From an uncultured Oscillospiraceae bacterium (lineage in GTDB: Bacteria > Bacillota > Clostridia > Oscillospirales > Oscillospiraceae), in contig CALXDC010000005.1 of assembly GCA_944386975.1 (NCBI GenBank), positions 12,959 through 76,958 on the forward strand: DNA of 64,000 nucleotides, given 5' to 3'. The position numbers and the translations under genes are program-made. The notes under the pieces are model-generated. The model ran no database searches. It saw only the letters and a list, made by a program, of their open reading frames with translations, and was not told the DNA's origin. Shown piece after piece: positions 18,018-26,956 of this stretch (its first letter is position 1; each line of letters opens with the position of its first letter).

Positions 18018-19459
18018 GCCACGTTCTCCTTTCTGGGTATCTGACGTTTGATGGGGAACTGCAGGGAAAAGACGCTGCCTGTGCCAGGCGAGGAGGAAAC
18101 CTCTATGCGGCCGCCGTGGGCAATCATGACATTCCAGCAGTAGTAGAGCCCCAGACCCAAGTTTTGTTCCCCGTTCTTGGTAGTATAGTAGGGCTCAAAG
18201 ATGTGCTTGACCATCCCTGCATCCATGCCGCAGCCATTGTCGGACACGGTGAGGGTAGCGCAGCGCCTGTGGGGGGCGGTCCGGTAGGCGAGCGTCACCC
18301 GGCCGTCCTTTCCGGCGGCCTCCAGGGCATTGGCAATCAGATTGCGCAGCGCTTCCTCCACATGGGCCTCGTCACACGGTAGCGGCTCGTTGTCGCAAAA
18401 AGAGACCGTTACGGCGGCTCCTGCTCCGGGGGCGCCGTTGAACTCCTCTGCCAGATTCCGCAGAAGCGTTCCTACGTCGCAAGGTGCCGGAGTCAGGTCG
18501 ATTTTCTGAGAATAGAGCTGGGTGCGGCTGATAAACTGCTTCAGGTGGGCTGCCGAGCGGCGGAGAATCTCCACCTCCCGGGCGGGAGCTCCCTGGGCGG
18601 CCAAAAACTCGGTGCACCACTCAATTTTGGCCAGGTCATTTTTCAGGGCATGGCCCACATATTGGGCATTTTTCTCCAGCACCAGACCACCGCTGCTCCA
18701 ATCATAGGTCTCCCGCCGGAAGCGGATGCCCCAGATTCCCTCTCGGAAGGCATGATAGAGGAAGTAGATCAGGACGAACAGGACCACGATGAGGTTGAAC
18801 TGCCACAGCTTGCTGAGATTGGGAATTCCAAGGGCATGGTAGGGGAAGGCGGAAACCAGCCAGAACCACAACGGCGCCAGGAGGCTGGCCGCAGCCAGGC
18901 GGCGCTGGCGGGAATTGGCGCTCAGTCGCTCTTCCATCAGAACGTGAAGGAGAATCCCTGTTCCGATGAGACCGTAGCACCAGTTGTATAGTCCTATTGC
19001 CAGACAGAAGGCGGGGTCTCTTTGGAGTGCAAGCGTCTGGGTGCAGGGAAAGATCAGCGCCAGCAGCAGGCTGGGCAGATATACCAGCGTCCGCATGCGG
19101 CGGAACAGACGGGGGCGGGTCTGATCCATCCGATGAAAGTACAGGCAGAAGACCACCACCGCCGGCATGGAGAGGTAATAGAATGCGGCGCTGAGCAGGG
19201 AGTAGAGGAGCTCTGAAAAGGCGGGCGACCAGAGTCCCCGGCGGATCAATGCCGGTCCCAGAGTGTAAAACAGATACTCCTTCAGCGTGCCGACGCTGAA
19301 CATTATACCACTGCCAAAGCACCAGAGATTCAGCGGATTTCTGGGGTTGGAGACCAGAATGAGGGTGAAGACGGTCCAGATCAAAAAGGTGAATAGCAGC
19401 ATCAGTTCCCCGGGGAACCCGTCCATTACAACATTGATTTCTGTCAAAACGCGGCCCAT
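18008..19459 (-). CDS. sensor histidine kinase with a polytopic N-terminal membrane domain
   Basis: ATG at 19459 after AAGGGGGG. About six TM helices, then an HATPase_c region (DNGCGM...GLGLYYC). Confidence 0.8.
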   Translation of the reverse strand: MGRVLTEINVVMDGFPGELMLLFTFLIWTVFTLILVSNPRNPLNLWCFGSGIMFSVGTLKEYLFYTLGPALIRRGLWSPAFSELLYSLLSAAFYYLSMPAVVVFCLYFHRMDQTRPRLFRRMRTLVYLPSLLLALIFPCTQTLALQRDPAFCLAIGLYNWCYGLIGTGILLHVLMEERLSANSRQRRLAAASLLAPLWFWLVSAFPYHALGIPNLSKLWQFNLIVVLFVLIYFLYHAFREGIWGIRFRRETYDWSSGGLVLEKNAQYVGHALKNDLAKIEWCTEFLAAQGAPAREVEILRRSAAHLKQFISRTQLYSQKIDLTPAPCDVGTLLRNLAEEFNGAPGAGAAVTVSFCDNEPLPCDEAHVEEALRNLIANALEAAGKDGRVTLAYRTAPHRRCATLTVSDNGCGMDAGMVKHIFEPYYTTKNGEQNLGLGLYYCWNVMIAHGGRIEVSSSPGTGSVFSLQFPIKRQIPRKENVAWN

Positions 19460-19628
19460 GGGATCCCCCCTTGCGATACAGGTAAAAGCATTATAACACA
19501 AAGAGCGGAACATTTTCAAATAGAAAGAAATCTAATAGAGGACAGGAGGAGCTTCCTTTCCCGGTTCGGCTGCAGGGAGGGACGGCCCGGAATGGGGCCG
19601 CGGCAGGGTCTCGGCTCCCGGGGCGCAT

Positions 19629-19826
19629 TTACACATCACCCCAGGCGGCGTCGAAAGAAATAGAGACCATTTTCTGATCCCGCTCCACGCAGTAGATGGG
19701 CAGCTGACGGGTGGCGGCGGAGGTCATCACCGCGCTGGGAAAATTGACCACCGCCGCCATAGCCGCCACTGCGGCCACTGCGGCAGCGGCGGCCAGAATG
19801 CGGCGTTTGATGAAAAACAGTTTCAT
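19629..19826 (-). pseudogene. polysaccharide deacetylase (PdaB-like), 5' segment of the split gene
   Basis: MKLFFIKRRILAAAAAVAAVAAMAAVV (signal/TM) ...KMVSISFDAAWG, then two junction-encoded residues (DV) and a stop. AAAAGGAGG RBS. FDAAWG is NodB motif 1 in the PdaB-like form. Confidence 0.85.
19639..19645. repeat. junction core CCCCAGG (right end of the inserted element)
   Basis: Identical to 10968-10974. Confidence 0.75.
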
Positions 19827-19854
19827 AAGAGAGCCTCCTTTTTATTTTTTTCCC

Positions 19855-19882
19855 AGTCTATGCCCGGGACGTGTCCTGTTAT
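19855..19882 (-). promoter_or_regulatory. candidate mother-cell (sigma-E-like) promoter of the deacetylase gene
   Basis: The minus strand reads ATA, 17 nt, CATAGACT, against the Bacillus sigma-E consensus ATA, 16-18 nt, CATACAnT. It lies 28 nt upstream of the ATG. Motif matched by eye only. Confidence 0.35.
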
Positions 19883-19991
19883 GTTGTTTCTGTGTCCCCG
19901 TGACCTACTGGACAACCATCGTGAAATCTGCTACACTGCAGATACCATACCCCTACCGTGTTCCCGGTGCCGGGAGAAAGGAAGCAAACAG

Positions 19992-21239
19992 ATGAAAAGG
20001 ACCCGTATTCTGGCGGCCGCACTCCTGGCGGTCCTGCTGATGACGACCACAGCCTTCGCCTCCGTCAAGTCCGCCAAGGACGTTCCCACTTCCAGCTGGG
20101 CATACAAGCCCGTGTCCTATGTGCTGGAGAAGGGCATCATGGAGACGGATGCTCAGGGCAATTTCCGCCTTCAAGAGGAGATGAGCCGGGGGGAATTTGT
20201 CTATAGTCTTTGGTGCGCCGCCGGCCGTCCCACCCCGGCGGCGGCCTCCCCCTTCCGGGATGTGAGCGCCTCCAGCCGGTACTATAAGGCCGTCAGCTGG
20301 GCGGCGGCGGAGAAGGTGGCCTCCGGCACCTCAGCTACTACCTTCTCGCCCAACACCACCCTCACCCGGGAGCAGGCCTTTACCTTCCTCTGGAAGGCCC
20401 TGCCGGTGCTGGGGCTCACCCAGGGCAGCGGCGGCGCCCTCACCGTGTTCCGGGACGGGGACACCGTCAGCAGTTGGGCCCAGACGGCGGTAAAGGCCCT
20501 CTACGTCCAGGGAATTGTCACCGGTACCAACGAGAACAAGCTGGAGCCCAAGCGGACGGTGAAGCGGGGGGAGGCGGCATCCCTTCTCTACGAAACCATT
20601 GGGCAGAAGCAGACCACCGCAGCCTGGAGCTGGTTTGACGACGCGGTGTTTATCGGGGATTCTGTCTCCCTGAAACTGAATTACTATGTGACCAAGCAGC
20701 GCCAGAGCGACAGCGGCTATATGGGGACGGCCCAGTTCCTCACCTCCGGGAGCCTGGGCAGCGGAAACGCCCTCTGGGACGTGAGCAGCCAGTCGGTGCA
20801 TCCCACCTATCAGGGGGAGAAGATGAAGCTGGAGGAGTCCATCCCCCTCACCGGAGCCAAGAAGGTGTACATCATGCTGGGGATGAACGACGTGGGCATG
20901 TACGGGCCGGAGAAGTCCGCGGAAAATCTGGAGACCCTGCTGGACAAAATCCAGGCAAAGGCACCCGGCGTTTCCTTCTACGTCCAGTCCGCCACGCCCA
21001 TGTGCAAGGGGGCGGAGAAGAAGGCATTGAACAACGACACGCTGACGGCGTATAACCGGCTGGTGAAGGAGCTGTGCATCCGCCGGGGCTGGCACTATGT
21101 GGACGTGGCCTCGGTGCTTCAGGACGGAGAGGGCTATCTGCCCACGGCTTACTGCAGCGATCCCCAGGGGATGGGGATTCACTTTACCGACACGGCCTGT
21201 CAGGTGTGGATCGACTACCTGCGGACCCACACGGACTGA
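19992..21239 (+). CDS. secreted protein with three SLH repeats and an SGNH/GDSL hydrolase domain
   Basis: ATG at 19992. Signal peptide MKRTRILAAALLAVLLMTTTAFA. Three SLH-like repeats (SSWAYKPVSYV.., FRDVSASSRYYKAV.., FRDGDTVSSWAQTAV..). C-terminal FIGDSVS ... GMND motifs. Confidence 0.8.
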   Translation: MKRTRILAAALLAVLLMTTTAFASVKSAKDVPTSSWAYKPVSYVLEKGIMETDAQGNFRLQEEMSRGEFVYSLWCAAGRPTPAAASPFRDVSASSRYYKAVSWAAAEKVASGTSATTFSPNTTLTREQAFTFLWKALPVLGLTQGSGGALTVFRDGDTVSSWAQTAVKALYVQGIVTGTNENKLEPKRTVKRGEAASLLYETIGQKQTTAAWSWFDDAVFIGDSVSLKLNYYVTKQRQSDSGYMGTAQFLTSGSLGSGNALWDVSSQSVHPTYQGEKMKLEESIPLTGAKKVYIMLGMNDVGMYGPEKSAENLETLLDKIQAKAPGVSFYVQSATPMCKGAEKKALNNDTLTAYNRLVKELCIRRGWHYVDVASVLQDGEGYLPTAYCSDPQGMGIHFTDTACQVWIDYLRTHTD

Positions 21240-21251
21240 GGAGGGACGGCA

Positions 21252-21725
21252 ATGAAAAGAGCAATTTGGCTTGTTGGCCTTTTGGCGGCGTTGTGCCTGT
21301 GCCTGACCGCCTGCGGCGGGGAGGAGAAGACGGCGGACCTGGACGTGCACGAGGCGCTGGCGGCCATGCTGGAGGAAGCTCCCATTGAGGAGGCCATGGA
21401 GCTGACGGAAGCGGATATGCTGAATTTCTACGGCATTGAGGCCGACCAGATGGACGACTTTGCGGCGGCCCTCTGCGCCGTAGGTATCAAGGCCGATGAA
21501 CTTGTGATTGTGAAAGCGGCGGACGAGGACAGCGCCGCAGCGGTGGAGGCGCTGCTGCAGCAGCGTATCGAAAACCGGAAGAGTGAGTTCCAAAACTACA
21601 TCCCGGAGGAGTACGAGGTGCTGACCCACGGCACGGTGGCTCGGAACGGCGTCTATGTGCGGCTGATCGTCTCCCCCCAGTACGAGGCGCTGGAGGCGCT
21701 CTACGACGGCCTCCTGGCGGGGTAA
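21252..21725 (+). CDS. DUF4358-like lipoprotein
   Basis: 157 aa. Lipobox LCLTAC. Family assignment is from memory of similar Clostridial lipoproteins. Confidence 0.5.
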   Translation: MKRAIWLVGLLAALCLCLTACGGEEKTADLDVHEALAAMLEEAPIEEAMELTEADMLNFYGIEADQMDDFAAALCAVGIKADELVIVKAADEDSAAAVEALLQQRIENRKSEFQNYIPEEYEVLTHGTVARNGVYVRLIVSPQYEALEALYDGLLAG

Positions 21726-21733
21726 CAACGGAA

Positions 21734-21772
21734 AAAGAGAAGGGACCTTCAATGAAGGTCCCTTCTCTTTTC
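21734..21772 (+). terminator. intrinsic terminator
   Basis: Stem aaagagaagggacc/ggtcccttctcttt followed by a T-rich tail. Confidence 0.7.
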
Positions 21773-21835
21773 GCTCGTTGCCGGGGCAAAAAGATCCGCC
21801 CTTCGGATGAAGGGCGGATCTGCCGGAAGGTTTCC

Positions 21836-22525
21836 TCACGCATCCTCGCGGCAGGGAGGATACTCATTGCATAGCAGCCGGTAGGGAGGCTCATCCTCCT
21901 CAATGGCCGGGAACCGTCCCAGCGGTTCATAAAACCGGTTGTCTGTGTTGTCATCATTGCACATACTTACCTCGCCGATCAAGGCGGGACCTCCGCCGGC
22001 TCGGACGGTAAACTGGTGGTAACACCGGGGGAAGAGGGTCAGACTTTCCCCCGGGCGAAGCACTACCTCGCTGCCCGCGGGAACCAGCAGCCGGCAGCCG
22101 TCCCGGCACACGGACACCTCCGTCTCCGCCAGTCTCTCGTCCTCTGTGGCGTTCCACAGACGGAACACCACGTCGCCGCCGCCCCGGTTGATGATGTCCT
22201 CCATCTTGTACCAGTGGAAATGATTGGGGGACAGCTGCCCCTCCCGGAGATACATGATCTTCTCCGCGTAGGGCTTGGGATACCGGCTGTCCTTGACGCT
22301 GCCGTTGCGCAGGGTGATGAGCGCCAGTCCCAGCTGGTCATAGCGGCCCATTCCGTAGTCCGTCACATCCCAGCCCAGGGCATTGTCCCGAATCTCATCA
22401 TAGGCACGGCCCTTCTGGGCCCACTCCGCCGGCGAGAAGCGGAGAAAGGGAGGCAGGGCGAAGCGATAGGCCTCCAGCATGGCCTCAAACTCCCGGATGA
22501 CGGCGTTGATTTCCGAACGCTTCAT
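21836..22525 (-). CDS. D-lyxose/D-mannose ketol-isomerase family (cupin)
   Basis: MKRSEINAVIREFEAML..., WDVTDYG, and HFHWYKMEDIINRGGG are typical of the YdaE-type lyxose isomerases. Confidence 0.75.
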   Translation of the reverse strand: MKRSEINAVIREFEAMLEAYRFALPPFLRFSPAEWAQKGRAYDEIRDNALGWDVTDYGMGRYDQLGLALITLRNGSVKDSRYPKPYAEKIMYLREGQLSPNHFHWYKMEDIINRGGGDVVFRLWNATEDERLAETEVSVCRDGCRLLVPAGSEVVLRPGESLTLFPRCYHQFTVRAGGGPALIGEVSMCNDDNTDNRFYEPLGRFPAIEEDEPPYRLLCNEYPPCREDA

Positions 22526-22676
22526 AACAGATTCCCTCATTTCTGTTCAAATTCTTTCTGCCCTCAGTGTAAAAGTTCCCTATCCGTTTGTCAAGGGCAG
22601 AGCGTGAAAACAGCCGTCCGATCTCCCGGAAAGGGAGTCGGGCGGCTGTTTCTCATATGGAACAGGGGAGGTGGAT

Positions 22677-24590
22677 TTATTCCAGCTCCAACGCACCGGT
22701 GTACAACTGGTAGTAAGTGCCCTTCAGCGCCAGCAGCTCCTCGTGGGTGCCCCGCTCGATGATCCGGCCATGGTCCAGCACCATGATGGCGTTGGAGTTC
22801 TGGACGGTGGAGAGCCGGTGGGCGATGACGAATACCGTCCGTCCGGTCATTAGGGCGTCCATACCCTGTTGGACAATGGCCTCGGTCCGGGTGTCGATGG
22901 AGGAGGTGGCTTCGTCCAGAATCATCACCGGCGGATCCGCCACAGCGGCCCGGGCAATAGCCAGCAGCTGCCGCTGGCCCTGGGAGAGATTGGCGCCGTT
23001 GCCGGACAGCATGGTGTTGTATCCCTCCGGCAGACGGGTGATGAAGTCGTGGGCGCCGGCCAGTTGGGCGGCCACTACGCACTCCTCGTCACTGGCGTCC
23101 AAGCGGCCGTAACGGATGTTATCCATTACGGTGCCGGTGAAGAGATTGGTGTCCTGAAGCACGATGCCGAGAGACCGCCGCAGGTCCGCCTTCTTGATCT
23201 TGTTGATGTTGATGCCGTCGTAGCGGATTTTGCCGTCGGCAATGTCGTAGAAGCGGTTGATAAGGTTGGTGATGGTGGTCTTGCCTGCGCCGGTGGAGCC
23301 CACGAAGGCGATTTTCTGGCCGGGTTTGGCGTAGAGACTCACGTCGTGCAGCACCGTCTTCCCCTCCACATAGGCGAAGTCCACGCCGAAGAACCGCACG
23401 TCGCCGGCCAGCCGGGTGTAGGTGGTGGTGCCGTCGTGGTGGGGATGCTTCCAAGCCCACACGTTGGTCCGCTCCTCGCACTCGATGAGATTGCCGTCGG
23501 GCCCCTCCTTGGCGTTGACCAGGGTAACGTAGCCGTTGTCGTCTTCCGGCTGCTGGTCGATGAGCTCAAAAATCCGCTTGGCGCCGGCGAGGCCCATGAC
23601 CACGGAGTTGATCTGGTTGGACACCTGGCCGATATTGCCGGTGAACTGCTTGGTCATGTTGAGGAAAGGTACCACGATGCTGATGCTGAAGGCAAGGCCC
23701 GAGAAGCTGACGTTGGGGGCGCCGGTGAGCAGCAGGGTGCCGCCTACCAGGGCCACGATCACATAGAGCACGTTGCCGATATTGTGGAGGATGGGCATAA
23801 GGGTATTGGCGTAGCGGTGGGCCCGGCGGGCGTTTTCAAAGAGGTCGTCGTTGACGGCGTCAAAGCCGGCCATTGCCTCCTCCTCGTGGCAGAAGACCTT
23901 GATAACCTTCTGGCCGTTCATCATCTCCTCCACGAAGCCCTCGGTGCGGCCCAGGGCCTCCTGCTGGCGGATGAAGTACCGGGCGGAGCCGCCGCCCACC
24001 TTCCGCACTACCAGCAGCATCACAAAGGTGCCCAGCAGTACCACAAGAGTCATCCACAGGCTATAGTAGAGCATGATACACAAAACCGTCAGCGTTACCA
24101 CGCCGGTGATCATCAGCTGGGGAAAGCTCTGGGAGATCATCTGGCGCAGAGTGTCGATATCATTGGTGTAGTAGCTCATGATATCGCCGTGGTTGTGGGT
24201 GTCAAAGTAGCGGATGGGCAGGTCCTGCATGCCGTCGAACATCTTCTCCCGCAGCTTGGCCAGAGACCCTTGAGTGATGACGGCCATCATCTGACCAAAA
24301 GCGAAGCCGGCCAGCAGGCTGATGAGATAGAAGGCGGCCAGCAGGCCCACCAGGGGGAGAATCCGACCGGCGGCGGCGGACCAGTCGCCGCTTTTCCAGC
24401 ACTCCTCCACCACTGCCAGTACGTTCTGAAGGAAGAGGGAGGGGAGGGAGCTGACGATGGCGTTGACCAGAATGCAGGCGATGGCCACCGGCAGCAGCAC
24501 CGGGTAGAAACTGAAGAGGGTTCGGATCAGACGACCGATGATTCCCTTGGTCTGGGGACGGGAGGAGGGGTTACGCGACATCGTGCTCAC
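22677..24590 (-). CDS. ABC transporter, fused permease/ATPase (multidrug-exporter type, heterodimer partner)
   Basis: 637 aa. Six TM helices, Walker A GSTGAGKTT, signature LSQGQRQ, Walker B ILDEATS. Confidence 0.9.
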   Translation of the reverse strand: MSTMSRNPSSRPQTKGIIGRLIRTLFSFYPVLLPVAIACILVNAIVSSLPSLFLQNVLAVVEECWKSGDWSAAAGRILPLVGLLAAFYLISLLAGFAFGQMMAVITQGSLAKLREKMFDGMQDLPIRYFDTHNHGDIMSYYTNDIDTLRQMISQSFPQLMITGVVTLTVLCIMLYYSLWMTLVVLLGTFVMLLVVRKVGGGSARYFIRQQEALGRTEGFVEEMMNGQKVIKVFCHEEEAMAGFDAVNDDLFENARRAHRYANTLMPILHNIGNVLYVIVALVGGTLLLTGAPNVSFSGLAFSISIVVPFLNMTKQFTGNIGQVSNQINSVVMGLAGAKRIFELIDQQPEDDNGYVTLVNAKEGPDGNLIECEERTNVWAWKHPHHDGTTTYTRLAGDVRFFGVDFAYVEGKTVLHDVSLYAKPGQKIAFVGSTGAGKTTITNLINRFYDIADGKIRYDGININKIKKADLRRSLGIVLQDTNLFTGTVMDNIRYGRLDASDEECVVAAQLAGAHDFITRLPEGYNTMLSGNGANLSQGQRQLLAIARAAVADPPVMILDEATSSIDTRTEAIVQQGMDALMTGRTVFVIAHRLSTVQNSNAIMVLDHGRIIERGTHEELLALKGTYYQLYTGALELE

Positions 24591-26319
24591 CTGCCTTGTT
24601 CTGAGAGGTATAGACCTCCCGGTAGATTTCGTTGGTTTTCAGCAGCTCCTCGTGGGTGCCCACGGCGTTGATCTTACCGCCGTCCATCACAATGATCCGG
24701 TCGGCGTCCTGCACGGAGGCCACCCGCTGGGCGATGATGATCTTGGTGGTTTCCGGAATAAACTCCCGGAAACCCTGGCGGATGAGGGCATCGGTACGGG
24801 TGTCCACGGCGGAGGTGGAGTCATCCAGAATCAAAATCTTTGGCTTTTTCAGAAGGGCGCGGGCGATGCACAGCCGCTGCTTCTGGCCGCCGGAGACGTT
24901 GGTGCCGCCCTGTTCGATGTGGGTGTCGTAGCCGTCGGGGAACTGGAGAATGAACTCCTCCGCCTGGGCCAGACGGCAGGCGTGCTGGATCTCCTCGTCG
25001 GTGGCGTCCTTGTTGCCCCAACGGAGGTTCTCCTTGATGGTGCCGGAGAAGAGCTCATTTTTCTGCAGCACCACCGACACCTGGTTGCGCAGCACCTCCA
25101 GATCGTACTGCCGCACGTCCACGCCGCCCACCTTCACTGTACCCTCGGTGACATCGTAGAGCCGGGAGATCAGCTGGATGAGGGTGGACTTGGAGGAGCC
25201 GGTGCCGCCGATGACGCCGATGACCTCCCCGGAGCGGATGTGAAGGTTCACGTGGGACAGGGCCATCCGTTCGGCGGTCTTGGAGTATTTGAAGCTGACG
25301 TCGTCAAAGTCGATGGAGCCGTCCTTTACGTCCATTACCGCGCCCTCAGGGCTGTGGAGGGTGCTCTCCTCGGTGAGAACCTCCACGATTCGCTTGGAGG
25401 ACTCACCGGCCAGGGTGACCATGACGAACATCATGGACAGCATCATCAGGCTGCTGAGGATCTGGAAGCTATAGGTCAGCATGGCGGACATCTGGCCCAC
25501 GTCCAGCTCCAGGCCCTGGGTGGAGATGACCAGATAGGACCCGAAGGACAGCACGAACACCATCACCAGATACATGCAGAACTGCATCAGGGGCATGTTG
25601 AGGGCCAGAATCCGCTCAGCCCGGGTGAAGTCGGTCTTCACGTCCTCGGCGGCATGGCCGAACTTCTGCTTCTCAAAGTCCTCCCGGACGTAGGACTTCA
25701 CCACCCGCATACCCTTCACGTTCTCCTGGATGGAGCTGTTGAGGGCGTCGTACTTCTTGAACACCCGGCGGAACAGGGGCAGGGTTTTGCGGATCACCAG
25801 GGCCAGACCGAAGCCCAAAATGGGAATGGTCACCAGGAAGATGGCGGCCATCTTTCCGCCCATGACGAAGGCCATGACGAAGGAGAAGACCAGCATCAGG
25901 GGACTGCGCACGGCGGCCCGGATGATCATCATGTAGGCCAGCTGCACGTTGGTCACGTCGGTGGTCATACGGGTGACCAGACTGGATACGGAGAAGCGGT
26001 CTATGTTCTCAAAGGAGTAGGTCTGAATCTTGTAGAACATGTCTTTCCGGAGGTTTTTGGCCAAGCCGCAGCTGGCGGTGGCGCAGGTGGAGCCGGCCAG
26101 GGTGCCGAACAGAAGGGAGAAGACGGCCATGACGGCCAGGATCACGCCGTACCGGGCGATGACGTCCAGACCGCAGCCGGCCTTGATCTCGTTGACCAGG
26201 TTGGCGGTGAGGAAGGGGATGATGCACTCCAGCACCACCTCCAGGGATACGAAGATGGGGGTGAGAATCGTAACGGTTTTGTACTCCCGTATGCTTTTCA
26301 TCAGCGTTTTCACGATCAT
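24571..26319 (-). CDS. ABC transporter, fused permease/ATPase (heterodimer partner)
   Basis: ATG at 26319 with a GGAGG RBS. Walker A GGTGSSKST, signature VSGGQKQR, Walker B ILDDSTS. ATGA overlap with the upstream MarR gene. Confidence 0.9.
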   Translation of the reverse strand: MIVKTLMKSIREYKTVTILTPIFVSLEVVLECIIPFLTANLVNEIKAGCGLDVIARYGVILAVMAVFSLLFGTLAGSTCATASCGLAKNLRKDMFYKIQTYSFENIDRFSVSSLVTRMTTDVTNVQLAYMMIIRAAVRSPLMLVFSFVMAFVMGGKMAAIFLVTIPILGFGLALVIRKTLPLFRRVFKKYDALNSSIQENVKGMRVVKSYVREDFEKQKFGHAAEDVKTDFTRAERILALNMPLMQFCMYLVMVFVLSFGSYLVISTQGLELDVGQMSAMLTYSFQILSSLMMLSMMFVMVTLAGESSKRIVEVLTEESTLHSPEGAVMDVKDGSIDFDDVSFKYSKTAERMALSHVNLHIRSGEVIGVIGGTGSSKSTLIQLISRLYDVTEGTVKVGGVDVRQYDLEVLRNQVSVVLQKNELFSGTIKENLRWGNKDATDEEIQHACRLAQAEEFILQFPDGYDTHIEQGGTNVSGGQKQRLCIARALLKKPKILILDDSTSAVDTRTDALIRQGFREFIPETTKIIIAQRVASVQDADRIIVMDGGKINAVGTHEELLKTNEIYREVYTSQNKAGEHDVA

Positions 26320-26798
26320 AGATGATCCTCCTTCACTTGACAGGATGGACATTGCTCCTCACAGGAGAGGAAGTCCTCGTCGGTGTCCAGGGCGGTCCAG
26401 TGCTCCGCCAGCAGATTCAGGGTGTCCAGCAGGTCCCTGCGCCGCTGGGGGGAGAGACAGGAGAGCATCTTCTCCACCTGCCGCTCGTACCGGCGGCAGC
26501 TCTGCTCCGCCTGTCTGCGGCCCTCCTCCGTCAGCTGCAGCACCAGATGCCGGCCGTCCCGGCGGCTGCGGACCTTTTCAATGAGGCCGTCGGACTCCAT
26601 TTTGATGATGATTTCACTGAGGGAGCCGGACTGGACGCCCAGCAGGTCCTGCAGTTCCCGCTGCAGCAGCTCCTCCCGCTGCAGTAAAATGTAAAAAATT
26701 TGCCGCCGGCCCGTTTTTCCGCCGGTTTTAAAGTATAAAAAATGGCCGCATCGCCTGAGATGCCGAATGATCTCATAGGAAATGTGGTCGTCTTCCAT
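26316..26798 (-). CDS. MarR-family regulator with a C-terminal Cys cluster
   Basis: Winged-helix segment LGVQSGSLSEIIIKMESDGLIEKVRSRRDGRHLVL. C-terminus ...SCEEQCPSCQ. The start at 26798 (MEDDHISYE) is an estimate. Confidence 0.7.
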   Translation of the reverse strand: MEDDHISYEIIRHLRRCGHFLYFKTGGKTGRRQIFYILLQREELLQRELQDLLGVQSGSLSEIIIKMESDGLIEKVRSRRDGRHLVLQLTEEGRRQAEQSCRRYERQVEKMLSCLSPQRRRDLLDTLNLLAEHWTALDTDEDFLSCEEQCPSCQVKEDHL

Positions 26799-26956
26799 GT
26801 GCAGTCCCCCTGTTTGCAGGAAATTCAGTAGCACTATCTTACAGCGGTGTATTTTAATTGTCAAGGTACCTTGTTATTAAAAGTCGCATTCTGTAAAACC
26901 GGGTAGAAGAAAGAACGGAGAAGAGGCGAACCTCTTCTCCGTGGAGCAGGGGACGG

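Larger units (their letters stand above)
10968..19645. mobile_element. ~8.7-kb integrated element carrying a large serine recombinase, inserted in the deacetylase gene
   Basis: Bounded by the 7-bp direct repeat. The recombinase gene ends 95 bp from the left junction. No phage structural genes. Cargo: an LUD/HAD/FGGY operon, an SDR remnant, a pentapeptide-repeat protein and a two-component system. Confidence 0.8.

Noticed and set aside
10968-19645. Possibility that the inserted element is a prophage
   Set aside because: No capsid, tail, terminase, portal, holin or repressor-like genes. At 8.7 kb with metabolic and signalling cargo it is better described as a non-phage or heavily decayed intervening element.
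22869-26325. Two ~600-aa plus-strand ORFs opposite the ABC transporter genes
   Set aside because: Shadow ORFs. The minus-strand genes carry Walker A/B and signature motifs.
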